A stretch of 50,247 nucleotides of DNA, from assembly GCA_010909165.1 (NCBI GenBank), contig MU008239.1:1-50247 (forward strand), given 5' to 3'. Positions 26,110 to 38,242 of the stretch are shown one piece after another. The notes under the pieces were generated by a model. The model made no database searches. It worked only from the letters and a program-made list of their open reading frames with translations, and had not been told where the DNA came from. The DNA comes from Anthoceros angustus. Lineage: Eukaryota; Plantae; Anthocerotophyta. The position numbers and the translations under genes were made by a program. Numbering within the stretch: position 1 is the first letter of the stretch; each line of letters starts with the position of its first letter.

Positions 26110-28276
26110 ACTTACATCTTCTTGATGGAAAAACTATATCCGAGTCCCATTGACAACAAGCGGAAGCACACCCAAGTCATCCCGCATCCGATCGAAGTTC
26201 TTCATTGAGCAACTCATTGTATGATCTTCTTTCACGGAACTAGAACCACAGGGCATGCTTTTGCTTGCCCGACGGTCATACAAAGTCCATGCAGAGAACA
26301 CATCATGTCAATAGAAGGCATAAACAAGTTGACGGCATCAACAAATAGATCCTACCTTGAAAATCCAGCTTTGTGGCGGTGGCCTTGATCCGAGGGCACG
26401 AGCCATGGTCACGCGTAATCATCGTTACACGGCGGCTCTTGTTCGTGTAATACCCATCAAGACCAGCTCGCCATTGTCTTCATATATTTTGAGAGCATTC
26501 CTTTGGATACCGGAGTTTTGCATACCAAGCCTACTCACGAGAAAATTAAAGTTAGCATCCAATGGAACACAAACCTAGAACCCTTATCAAAAGATACTTA
26601 CATTCGATCTTGGATTATCGATGGGAGAATTGAAAAGAAACCCTTGGATAGATATATTCTTGTCATTTGCATCCACTTTGGACAATGGTCAATGACGGCT
26701 TTAAATGTTTGAATAACATCCACCTCATAGTTTTTCACTTTTGGCGGAAGTGCTCACTCGTAGTTGCGCATATCAACTTTGTAATTCTTGAATATGGTCC
26801 TCGTATCTGCGAGGCAACACAAGGAGGGTATTACAACACAAACAAGGTATCATACACAGAGTATTACCACACAACAAAGCATCAATCAAAACATGGACAA
26901 ACGTCAGTACAAAAACGCCTCAATCCAAGAGAATGAGAAGTCCACACATTAACGTTGTGCAATTCCTCCCGCCACGTGCTCAAACGATTCATGCAAAATA
27001 TGCACACCTATTCCATCGAATCGTTAGAAGCAAACAACAGAAGTATTGCAAAATGCACACAAGAAGCTAGGAATCGAACACAAACCTTTTCTCGGGCGCC
27101 GCCCAAAAGAACATTGATGGTCACGTGGGCAAGAATTGTCTCTCATCATCATCGATATCGGTTTCACCACCTTTCGGCGATACTATACCAAGGTCTTTCG
27201 ATTTTCATGGAAGCAACAAGTGCGGCGACAACCATTGAACACGTGAAACATATTGATCACAGCACATCGGACCCAAGACGGCTTTGCTCCGGAACACACT
27301 TCCTTATCAAAATGCGATTGAACCCTCGAAGAAGGACATCAACCCGCACCAATATACGAAATCAACATAAAATGAAAAAACAACGGAACAGAAGGGATGA
27401 AGACTTACGTTTGAGAGAATCTTGAGTTGTCTTTTAAGTTCGAACTTGGTGGAAAACGGTATCAATATAAGGTTCAAGTCCTTGTGAGGAATGTCCTCTA
27501 TTGCACTATCCCAACCCCTCACACCACTCACTTTCATGAAAGACTTAAGACGACTCCGGCACCAATTATTTTGGCGTTTGGACTTGTCCTCACCACCACT
27601 CATTGCATCATTCACGGCTCCCTCAGGAATCGAGGGGTCAAACCCTTGGTCCCTAAAATGGGCCTCATCTTCAATTTCTTCCATGCCCATAGCAAAATCA
27701 TCCTCAGGATCAGCACACCTCAATCTCTCAAACATATCAATACACTCCTGGTCAGGGATAACTTCAGGTTCAGGGAGCGACAGTGGAATGGAAAACTCAC
27801 CAGGCTGAAAGGAATTCAGAGACTTATCTTGCTGCACGGGAGCAGCCACACAGCCATTTTGAGACTGTAGGCATGCTTTCGCAGCGCAAAGGACCATGGA
27901 ATCAGTAGTAATCAGATGGACATTCTCACCAACAAACTTAACCCCTCTCTCAGAAACAGGACAATAGTTAGTAATCTCGACAAGGGACCCTCCACCAAGG
28001 GCACAGTCGGTGTCAACCCTTCTTCTCTTCCGAGCAAATTCAGAGCACGGGCATCCTCCTTGGATGAAAAGTGCCTTGGCGGTTTGGGAATGGACTTTTC
28101 GGCACCAAATATGTCCCTCACTATGCACAAGGACCGTCAACTTTACCATCATCCTGCAGAGGGTGGGTTGCGGTGTGAGCGATGGCTTTTAACACGTTGT
28201 CGAGTGTACGGCTTGGACATGACAAAGGTGCACACTTCTTGCCCGGTCCAGAGGCCCGAGGTTTTCTTTTAGCCAT
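26110..28276 (-). CDS. DUF3504/Crypton-type tyrosine recombinase, copy 1 (at least 6 exons, frameshifted in this consensus)
   Basis: MAKRKPRASGPGKK.., NNWCRSRLKSFMKV, DIPHKDLNLILIPF, FFEGFNRIL, RGG-EELHN (~26980), YYTNKSRRVTMITR (~26430), HKxGFSR/YDR, with GT-AG introns. Confidence 0.8.
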
Positions 28277-29599
28277 CGCAACAGAAGTCATCGAACAACG
28301 TTGAGATGTACAAACAACATAACAGATAACAAACGAAAAGAAAGAACTCACATGCGCCTTGAACCGGATGAGAACCTGTTGGAAGGTCTAAAAGTTGATT
28401 ATCAGACAGTCTAGACAAGAGAGGATATGGGGCGGTGCCCCAAAACACAACTTGGGGCTAGACATTGTTAGAGTTGTTATTCCTTCCACTTTCATTAAGG
28501 ATGACACATAGAACTCTAAAAATACACCACATATGGGAAAAATAAAGTGAAAACCCTTTTTCAAGTACAACAAGAGTTAGACGTACAAACAACCATAGAT
28601 GTACAACATATACATCAGACCACACAAGTAAAACAATCAAGCGCTCATTGGACAACAGACTCATCCATGCCACACAACAACACATATTTCTAGATTAGAA
28701 TCGAAAACATCCAAAGATGTTGGGAGGCAAACCCTCGAGCGTTGCACACTTCAATACACCGCACATAAACACCGGTCTATGAGATTAAGCTCCAAGACAT
28801 GCACAATACACCATGCCCAATCCAGATTCACTTTTCAATGACACAATGCGAGATGGTGATTACCAAATCTACAAGCGGGTCTTCAACGACAAAGCAGCGC
28901 AAAAGCGATTATCGACACCGCAAAAGTCAACTAACGACGCACAAAAGCACGCGAGCAGAACGAGAAAAAAAATCATTGCGATAAGAACAAACAACGCTAC
29001 ACAATCAACACTACGAGACAAACAAAGTCATTACGAGCGAAGTCAAGTAGGATCACATGACACGAAGACAAGAAAGCGTAGACGGATGATACCATACAAA
29101 AACCAAGGACAACAACCATACATGGGGACACTTCCAACAAGCAAATAAGGATTGTATGACATAAAGATCACTACTATGAACAAACCGAAAAACACTCAAG
29201 CTCTAAGTCTAAGAAAGTTCGGTCGATTTCAAAAGGAACGAGGGGGGTCGTTTTCATAAAAGCAAGCACCACCATTGACGCTGGCTTCAACAACAAACAC
29301 GATGTGCAACGAACAACAACAATACAAGAGGAACGGAGAGCGTGTCGGCAAAGACAAATCGGATAGCAATTGAGCATCAGAGACATCTTCTAGCAAAATA
29401 GACAAGCACGTACAGACAAAGAACAAGATCATCGACCGGGGGACACACATGATAAGGCCAAGACCGAGCGGCGCGAATACCGCGAACATGACCAAAACCG
29501 CACAAAACAACAAGAGCAAAACAATATACAAGGAGGCGACACAACGTAAGCGCAAATGACAACGATTTTCAAAAGGAGCGATAGACCTTAACACGAAAC

Positions 29600-30360
29600 C
29601 TTGGCCGGTCAAACACGGACCTTGTGTCAAAACACCTTGGCTTGGACTTAGCAACAACGGCCTTAGAAGCAAAGACCTTGACCTTGATGGGAAAGCCTTG
29701 AAAACAACCTTCAAAGCAGAAAGACGACTTTGCCTTGAGCAAACTTTCTCGAGACCTTGGCCTTGACGAAGGGGTAAAACCTTAGCCTTTGGAGAAGGCT
29801 GAAAGAACACAGGCTCAAAACTTGAACAAAGGCCTTAGCCTAGAACACCTTGGCCTTGACAACAAAAGGGCTTAGCCTTGAGCACAGAAACAACCTTGGC
29901 TGAAACTAGAACTGACTCCTAAGCCTTGAGCAAAACGGATGCACCTTGGCCTACGAAGGCGGCAAGGCCTTGGCCTTCAAACACAGACGGAATACCTTGG
30001 CTGCGAAACTAATCACCGGACGCCTAAGCAGGAGAAGAGGTGGACCACCTAGGCCTCAAAGGAAGAAAAAGACCTTGGCCTTTGGAGAAGCCTTATATAG
30101 GCCAAAACCTAACCTCCTCTGCCGCGCCGTTCTCTCTACCAAACCTGATTTGAATTCAACCTAACATTCCGAGAAATCCAAACCTCAGGTTCGCCATTAG
30201 CGCCGCCACTTCAACCAAACCTAGGTTGGATTCCAAACCTAGCCTAGCTCAAACCTAATCTCCGAGCCGTAGCCGCTTCCAACCACGCCACGCCACATAC
30301 CGTCAACCATCTAGAACCCTAAGTTTTCTGTTAAACATACACTTAGGGTTTTCTTCACCA
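29600..30360. promoter_or_regulatory. Central divergent promoter region of copy 1
   Basis: Reiterated ccttggcc motifs, a minus-strand TATA (ggcctatataagg, ~30091-30103), and aacctag/aaccctaa (telobox-like) motifs. Copy 2 has the same arrangement. Confidence 0.45.
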
Positions 30361-31844
30361 CACGCCCGCCAGTGCTCTTCCTGGTCGATCTTGACGACCT
30401 TTGGCGGTCGCGGCATCTCGTTACGATCGCGCCTTTGCAGTGTGTGTTGGTGGGCCTCCGCTCGCGCCATCGGCTCCACTTCCCTTCATCTTACGCCCAC
30501 CACGTCGATGGGCTCTCGATCGCCTAGTCTTTGGTTCCATCCCTTGCATGTTCACTCAATTCCACTCTCTCGATATTGGTTTGGAACTACGATCAAGTTC
30601 ATTTTGACGTGGCATCCACTCCTTAGCTCTCCGCGCCAATTGGACAACTTGCTTCTTCCTCAGCGGCGTGCCCGATCGTTCTCCTTACTCTTTCGTTCTA
30701 GCCCTTTCGGCATGTCCCCGTGGGTATTGGGTCCACCGTTTACATGCTAGGATCTCCCTCCCGCCCGCTTTTGGTTCCGATCCATTGCGAGTTTCGTGTG
30801 CCTTTGCACCGCCAAGGGTTAGCTGGAAAAGTTCTCTTGTGGGTTATGGTGCTCTTCCTTTGTTCCCACCGTCGATCGCATTTTTGTTTGTCTTTGCACG
30901 ATCCGCTTTCGGTGACTGGGTTACTTGCTAAGTTGCTCTCTCTTGGTCTTGTTTTTCTCATTGTTTTACTACATGCCTTGTCCTTCTTACCCACATGGCT
31001 TGTCCCTGCCAGTTCCTCTCTCCTGTCGACCTGCATCCGCATCACGAGTTTTCAATTTGGGTTGCTTGGTATTTCGAGGTGTAAGCCGAGAGGCTCTTTG
31101 TGCTGCGTTGTCACACGTAAGCTTACATCCTCTTTTGGTGTTGGCGCATGTCGATTACTTAAGTTTCTCTCACTTAAAAGGACCAAGTTTGTAAATCTCG
31201 GTTGGTCACCATCACATCCCACTAGTTGGGCATCATTGGTAAACGGCATGGAGTTTTGATGGGCTAGTGTTTTCAATCACTTTGTCATGCACTTAATAAA
31301 CTCGACCTCTCATCTCCGGTGTTCCAGCCAAAGGTCACGCAAGAAGGCGCCATCCTAGTGTAAATCGTCCGTCACAATAATTCTATGGTCATCTTTTGAC
31401 GGCGTGTCGGAGGGTTGTGCCTGGGAAACTAATGAATGATTGGGTTGACGGAAGCAGGGGGTAAGGGTTAGCAAAGAGTCTCGTTCTTGAAGTCTTTTGA
31501 ACATAACTATCCTGCGTAAAACATGAATCTTGTGTGCGAGTTTGAGAACATATTCGCGCTTGTTGCTTCCAACAAATTCGATTGGTGATGACAGCTTTTA
31601 ACAAAATTCGATGCGGGATCTTGCGACAATTGGTTTCGTGAAGCGTCGGAAGCGACGTATCGTGACGTGGTAATACCTTGCTCAACCCGTTCTTTGTTTT
31701 GCGCGCAATGCGTCTTGTGCTTGATTTGTGATGGTCCACTAGTGTGTTCGATGGCTTTTCATTTGAATCGATGGAATCGACAACGAAAGCAATAACGATT
31801 TTCAAATCCAAGAAGGTACTTGATTGCTACATGTATTATCGTTC

Positions 31845-32020
31845 TTACTTTGCTTTTACTTTTACTGCTACTTTTGCTTTACTTTACTTTTACTTTTACT
31901 TTTACTTTTACTACTTTGCTACTGCTCTTACTTTTACTTTACTTTGCTACTTTGCTAACCTACTTTACTTTTACTTACTTTTACTCTTACGACTTTACTA
32001 CTTTTACACTTTTACTTTTA
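31845..32020. repeat. (TTTTAC/TTTAC)n low-complexity tract inside the gene B region of copy 1
   Basis: tacttttacttttacttttac.. run; absent at the homologous place in copy 2. Confidence 0.9.
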
Positions 32021-32039
32021 TCTATTGTCAACCCCTCAG

Positions 32040-33600
32040 ACAGAACTCACATGGCGCCACCACAAGCGCCATTACAAATTACTTCCCACCCATGGGGATC
32101 CAGATATGACGCTAACGCAGTTTGAACCACCACCGGAGATCGGAAAGATCGTAGAAAAGGTATTCGTGAAAAATGATTGTTGTTAGTCCTGTATATTCTT
32201 CTCGTTGGTCGAGTCTAACAAAACCCGTGGGTTTCATCCTCTGCGAGCACACAATGTTCTGTGATGGACAAACAAGACCTTAAGCATCTTTGCGAGATGC
32301 CCCTTGATTGAATAAGATAAAGAAGGTAAGCACTTTTCCTATTTCATAAACTTGATCTAAGTATGCTCGAATCCAAAATCCTAACCCTAAATTTATCTCT
32401 GCAGGATATAAAAAGAACCTTGAACAACGACTCAATTGGGCTGAAAGCGTACACACTTGTGGAAAGGTTTAATGGACAGATTTCAATGCAAACAATGTTG
32501 GAGGGATATCAAAGTTCCATCCAGATCGGAGGTAATCAAATTAACATTCATACCTTCTTTCACACCTTCTTCTTTTAACTTGGCATTCTGAGAATCTTTG
32601 GAAAAACAAACGCCAAAAATATAAAGGACAAAGTCGATGAGATTGACAACAACATTGACAATGCGGCCATCTCAATCGGTACACAAAATGTATTTTGTAT
32701 TTAATTTGTTTTAATATGATTTTGGTTTAAGAAAGTAATGATTTTGGTTTTGATCGGGCAAAAGAGAAAATAGATGACTTCATGGAGAATGGACCAACTT
32801 ACGGGCCGTCACAAGAGTTCACCGAGTTTGGAAAGTGGATGAGCAATTTTCAATATCCACCACTTTTGAAGACTTTAAATCCAAGTATCACCAATTTGGG
32901 AGCATAGTCTAAAAGAGAGCGCAGCCCATCTTGAATGAAGATGGGTCCAACCCACATTCGAGCAGCAGAGATCCAAGCAAGTAAGCGAAAACTCCCTTTC
33001 TCTTTCTTATTTTTTACATATAACTCTATGTAATGTAATTGTATGCATTGAATGCGAGATAGGGGCAGCAATTGAAAATAAGGAGTTGAAAGCACAGACT
33101 TGTTGTCTCTCATGGAAGAACCGGAGACAACGAAAAATATTCAAAAGGTACATCGTTTGAAAGATATTATCTTGCATTCCAAGATGAATTCTAATGAATA
33201 TGTTTCTTGAACATACGATCACATTTCCAGTTGGAAATCTTCACAACGTGTTTAACGCTTGTCGAAAAGGTATATGCAAAGAAAGATCTTCTCCGAATTG
33301 AAATGGAGGTAAATGACTAATTACTTTTACTTTTTGTTTGTAGTTATCGAAGAATCAAAGCGAGTTGTTTTCACTCTTTGAGGTGAGTACTAAAGTTGGA
33401 AAAACAATATGTTTTATATATGAATTCGACAAAGGTTTAAATTGCGAAATATTCTCGCTTGGATGAAATATTCAAATGATTATACATTTATCTGGACCAT
33501 ACAATCAGCAGCTCAAAAGTACTATTAGAAGAAGGCCTGGAACCATTTTACACTCCATCTACTCCAATAGAAGATGAGTAGAATTTACCAAAATCATTTG
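32040..33600 (+). CDS. Crypton-like copy 1 'gene B': multi-exon protein of unknown function, divergent from the recombinase (5' part probably extends to ~31.4 kb or further)
   Basis: PTHGDP..EIGKIVEK|gt, DIKRTLNN, GPTYGPSQEFTEFGKWMSNF, WEHSLK, NEDGS, PITFPVGNLH, DLLRIEME|gt. Small AT-rich GT-AG introns are shared with copy 2. Confidence 0.65.
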
Positions 33601-34324
33601 AATTACCTTACGGCGGTGGGAAAGGTAATGCTTTTCTGTAAAAGGATTCAAAAACGAAAACGAGCAATGAAAAATAGTAAGAGAGAAATGACATATAAGC
33701 CGGGTGGTTTAGGCACCAAGTCTATCTGAGTTCCACGGACCTCGGCTCCGCCTCGATGCGGTCGAGTTAGCGTCTCGGCCCCGGACTCGGCGCTCCCTTC
33801 GCCGAGAGGCAGATGGCGTCGGCGCCGCGGCCTAAACGGTCTCGGCCTCGCCACCGGCCGTTCTCGGCCATCGACGCCCGCGTCCCTCACATGAAGCGCA
33901 TCTCCTTCGCCTCTAGTGTGTCCACCTCCACGGGCCTTCTTCCCCTCGCGGCCCGTGGCGCCTCGTTTCCGACCTCGCCAAGTACGGTCCTTCTCGTCAT
34001 TCAAAAGCAGTGCTGTAGTTTTGCCTCTTCCTTTGCCAACGTGTGGCCTCCACAGCCCTCCCATTGCTCACCCTTGAGGAGCATTCCAGCCTCCTCCTCG
34101 CGCCCAGGCTGGCGCCTATCTCCTCTCGGTTCCAGATTGTCCTGCTGCGCTTTTCGCGCTCCCTTCTTGCTTCAGCCTCTCTGGCAACAAAACTTGCTGG
34201 TCAATTCTTGGCCGTCTACAACATGCTCACGTCCTCCCCTTGACCCGTGCCGTGGCAACCAACTCCTCATCGAAATCGGTCATCAGTGGCTTCAAGTCGC
34301 TCTCCGGCCAATCGAGAGATGAAA

Positions 34325-35640
34325 TCAGATTACGATGTTGCTTCCCAGCCTAGTTTCTACGTCATAATCAAACTCTTGCAGCAACAATATCCACCTGGCA
34401 ATCCTTCCTGACAGATCCGGCTTGTTTACAAGGTACTTCAACGCAAAATGGTCAACATGAAACGTCACCTTGCAAGCAAGCAGATAGTGTCTAAACTTCT
34501 TACAGGAGTAAATGATACCAAGACCCTCCCGCTCCGTGGTTGAGTAGTTCTTTTCAGCATCCGTGAGCTGTCTACCCGCATAGAAAATCGGATGATCCCG
34601 TTTCTTCTCATCTTTCTGACTTAAGACGGTCCCAATAGCATAGGCGGACACATCCACGTATACGTGAAACGGCTTCTCCCAATCCGGCGGTTGTAACGTT
34701 GGTGCGCTCACTAAGCTGTCCTTCAACTGCTGGGAAAAGCCTCCTGCCTTGCGTTCGTCCATTCGAAGGGTGTATCCTTTTTGGTTAATTGTGTCAACAA
34801 GGCTGCCTTCTTGGCGAAATCCTTGATGAACCTCCATACCCACTAGCCCTACAAAAGCTCGACCTGCCTTACCGTTTGAGGTCGTCCATCTACTATCACC
34901 TACTTTCTCCTTATCTACCTGTAATCCTCGAGACTCGATGTGCTAACAAAATGCCCTCCGTCATGCCAAAATAACACTTCCGGATGAAGTTTCATGTTCG
35001 ACTCCCTGCACTTCTGAAAACATTGCCTCAAATGGTCTAAATGCAGGTTTCTTCTCCCGAATACGCAGAAATCATCCAAGAATACCTCCATGAACTTCCT
35101 CAGAAAATCTCGGAATATCGCGTTCACCACCCGCTGGAAAGTGGCCGGGGCATTGCACAATCCGAAAGGGAGCTTCGAATAGGCGTAAGTCCCCCAATCC
35201 GTTGTAAACGTTGTCTTGTCCTGATCCTCCCTCCGCAGCGAAATTTGATTGTACCCAGAATATCCATCCAAGCTGACATCTCATGTCGACTCATGTCCAG
35301 CCTACTGTCCATGAAAGGTAAAGGGTGATGATCCTTCTTCGTTGCTTCGTTGAGTTTCCTGAAATCTTGACACACTCGAACCTTTCCCTGCTGCTTCTTT
35401 GGTACAATCACGATGGGTGCGACCCACTCACGGTGAGCACGGGTAAATCACTGACCTCCAAATATTGGTCGAGTGATCCTTAACAACCATGGAATACTTG
35501 GGATTCAGCTGTTGCTTGATCCTCACCAGTCTTGCCCTCCTTGGTCTATTCGATGTATTCCAATTCTTCCGGTATCCTGTCATGTCTCGTAATCTTGAAG
35601 GCAAACACATCGACATATTCTCTAAGCACTCCACGAAACT
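34325..35640 (-). CDS. Reverse transcriptase and RNase H of the Athila-like host
   Basis: [113 protein letters not shown]. Confidence 0.95.
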
Positions 35641-36079
35641 CTTCTTTTTCTATCTGGCCTAGGTACTTAGAAATCTTGACTACCTTGCTAGGTTCTAACT
35701 CTAGGTCTTCTCACGGGATCTACATATGTTCCCTACGGTGCTACCTATCGGTTTGGACCCCTCTTCCGGAAAATCTCGATCATAGGCCCTACCCTTCCAA
35801 AAGGCTACTCCTTCCCTATGTGCCTCATCCTCAGACTCTTCTACGGTTTCCTCTATATGTAGCGCACCAAATCACTCTTTATTTGACCTCGTGAAGACCC
35901 CGATATGCTTCAGCCCGAGGAGCTTACCCCGTGCTACACAGGGTGTACCCGTCGGTGGTTTGCGGACTCCCCTCATAGGAGCCTTACTCCATGACACAAA
36001 AGCAATCGCCAGCGGGCCCGTTTCCTGGACTTGAAGGTGATGCCACTCGACCAAAATCAAAAACACACGCGGTACCATA

Positions 36080-36360
36080 CAACCAAGGCCTACCTATTAA
36101 AACCTTATAGCCTAGATCCAAACCGCCGCATCACAATGTAGGTAAGATGGAAGGTGAGACCCCCAATTCTGATGGGCATCCTTGACACCCAGTGGCTTTC
36201 TCCTTATGCAGGGCCATCCGTAAAATACTCGGGCGGGTGAAACTCGGTGAACCCAAGTTGATGAGTTGTCTCCTCGTCATCAAGTTGACTCCGATCCGAA
36301 TCTAATGGCACGTTAGGCACCAAACACCCCATAATCTCAACCTCAATCTCGGGTGCCCCA
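36080..36360 (-). CDS. Aspartic protease of the host element (frameshifted)
   Basis: EIEVEIMGCLVPNVPLDS-GSGVNLM. Confidence 0.7.
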
Positions 36361-37099
36361 AATCAGCGAGTTCGACCACATTTACCTCCAGCCGCTTTCT
36401 CACTCCCACTGCTTCAGGGATTCCCCTGATCGCCTCCTTCACAATTTTGCGGGATCTCGGACTCACCGCACAAGCATCTCAAGCCCGACCACAAATTCGC
36501 GGTCAAGTAATGCGTCGTGGAGATCTTATCGACAAGGTTTCCTCCCGCTTGCTTGCGGCCACGGCTGGTCGACTCGACCTTATTGGTAAAGTTTCGATTC
36601 CATGATCCCTCCTATCGGGTGGGTTCCCATACCCGTGGATCCACACAGCTCATGACCCGCTTTCCCGTGTCGGGTGAGCTGTTAATTCATCTTCCGGCAT
36701 TGCGCTACTTCTCGGCTAATGTCGGGAGGAAAGCCGATTCGTTCCTCCCCTCCTTTAGCCCTTAGCGTCTCGCCTCGGTGTGAGTCTGTCCACGTGGTGC
36801 CGGACTACGGGGTAGTCCTGTCCGCTTGGGTGAGCTGTTCTGCTCTTCTTCACGCGCTTTGAACACAGCGTCTCTCGAGGCCAAGCGGTCATCCTCACCT
36901 TCCTCCGTTTCCTTTCCTCGTGCGCCGTTTTCCATGATCGTCCTTTCTCGGCGGCCCTCAGTGGTCACCAGCCACCATCAACCTTTCATCTGCGCTCATT
37001 TCTCCCTCATATCCTTCCTCCACGATTCACTGTCACCTTGAATCCTTGAGGAATCATACTCGCTTCCACCTTCAACACCGTGTCGTGGTTGCAATTGCG

Positions 37100-37995
37100 G
37101 TTTTAGCGTTGGGCGTGCCTCTTCTGCGGCTCGGTGAACTGACTCTGGTCGTTTGTCACTCGCGTCACCCGTGCATCCGGGATCCCCATTTTATGTCCCA
37201 ATTCCTTACATACGGCAAAGGGTACATAACCTACTTGCTTCCAGTTACGGGCATTCGTTTGAGTAGTGACACAGGGCTCCGCAATTTGTAACACACCACA
37301 AATTGCCGTTGTAGCGGATGGTCTCCATTGTCCGCGATGTTGGACGTGAGCCATACCTTGAGCTGGTGTCGGTTGGTAAGTCGCTCTCATTGATTGAGGT
37401 GGTCGACTTCCGATGACCGCTTTTGTACTTAATGCGCCTCGTCCACGTACCAATAATCTCCACAGCATGCGGTTTCCATGATTTACGGCATGTCGTGGTG
37501 CGCGAATACATTCTCGGTTGGTGTGTCCCGTTTGATGACAGATCGAGCAATACACCAACTGCCTCGCGGGCGAAGGAGATCTTCGTGGAGTTTGATTTTT
37601 CACTGCCTTGACCTCCAACTCGGTCAACCGCTTGGTCAAAGCCTCCACTTGTCCAGCAATCCCTCCTCCTGCTGCAGACGTTTCTCCCCTCTCCATCCGA
37701 CGGACCGTCTTCCCTTTCCTCTCCTTCTCCAATGCGCGTTCCGCCTCCTCTTGTCGTTTTTTGACCTTCTCCAGGTCTTTCCTCATTCGTCGTTCGTAGG
37801 CCTTCTCTGATTCTTCATCCGATGTAGAGCTTTCCTCAGTTCCAGTCCTCACTTTCGGGAGGGGCGGGCTGGTGGAGGCGGAGGAAGGCGAGAGCTAGAT
37901 CTCCTCGATCCTTTCCTCTTCTTATGACTTCGCCTCTTCTTCCTCCTTCTCCCCAACTCGTGGACTCCCATTCCTCGGCTAAGCGGAGGGCCCAC
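37100..37995 (-). CDS. Gag C-terminal part of the host element with zinc knuckles
   Basis: YCSICHQTGHTNREC (CX2CX4HX4C), plus further Cys/His clusters (CVTNCGALCHYSNECP; AVCKELGH). Confidence 0.8.
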
Positions 37996-38242
37996 CGCTA
38001 ACGTGTTAACAGACGCTGGGAGGGCGTCACGGCGAGAAAGGTCGAGGCCGTTAGGCGGGCCGTTCTGGGCGTCTTGCCCGACGGGCGTTCGTTCCAGGCG
38101 TGGGAGGCGGTAGTCACGGGGCCGAGGCCGCGACTCGACGGGAGGGCGGGGTCCTGTCTTTCTTAGAAGTTGCCTTGTGCAACCACTTTAAAAGTCTTTT
38201 CTCTCTCTTTCAGTTTTCACTTCGAGTTTTCACTTTCACGCT

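Larger units (their letters stand above)
23694..33895 (-). mobile_element. Crypton-like tyrosine-recombinase DNA transposon, copy 1 (~10.2 kb)
   Basis: Colinear reverse-complement homology with 37999-47663 over both termini and three coding regions. Flanked by a GCG core (23694-23696 and 33896-33898). Removing it restores an open host pol frame: ..RGEGDA|QGELIRVTTQNSIMEVQQVKK. Confidence 0.85.

Noticed and set aside
23723-33953. 8-bp TSD TCGCGGCC as the boundaries of copy 1
   Set aside because: Homology with copy 2 extends beyond 23723 to 23694 and stops at ~33895. The CGC junction matches copy 2 and restores an open host frame.
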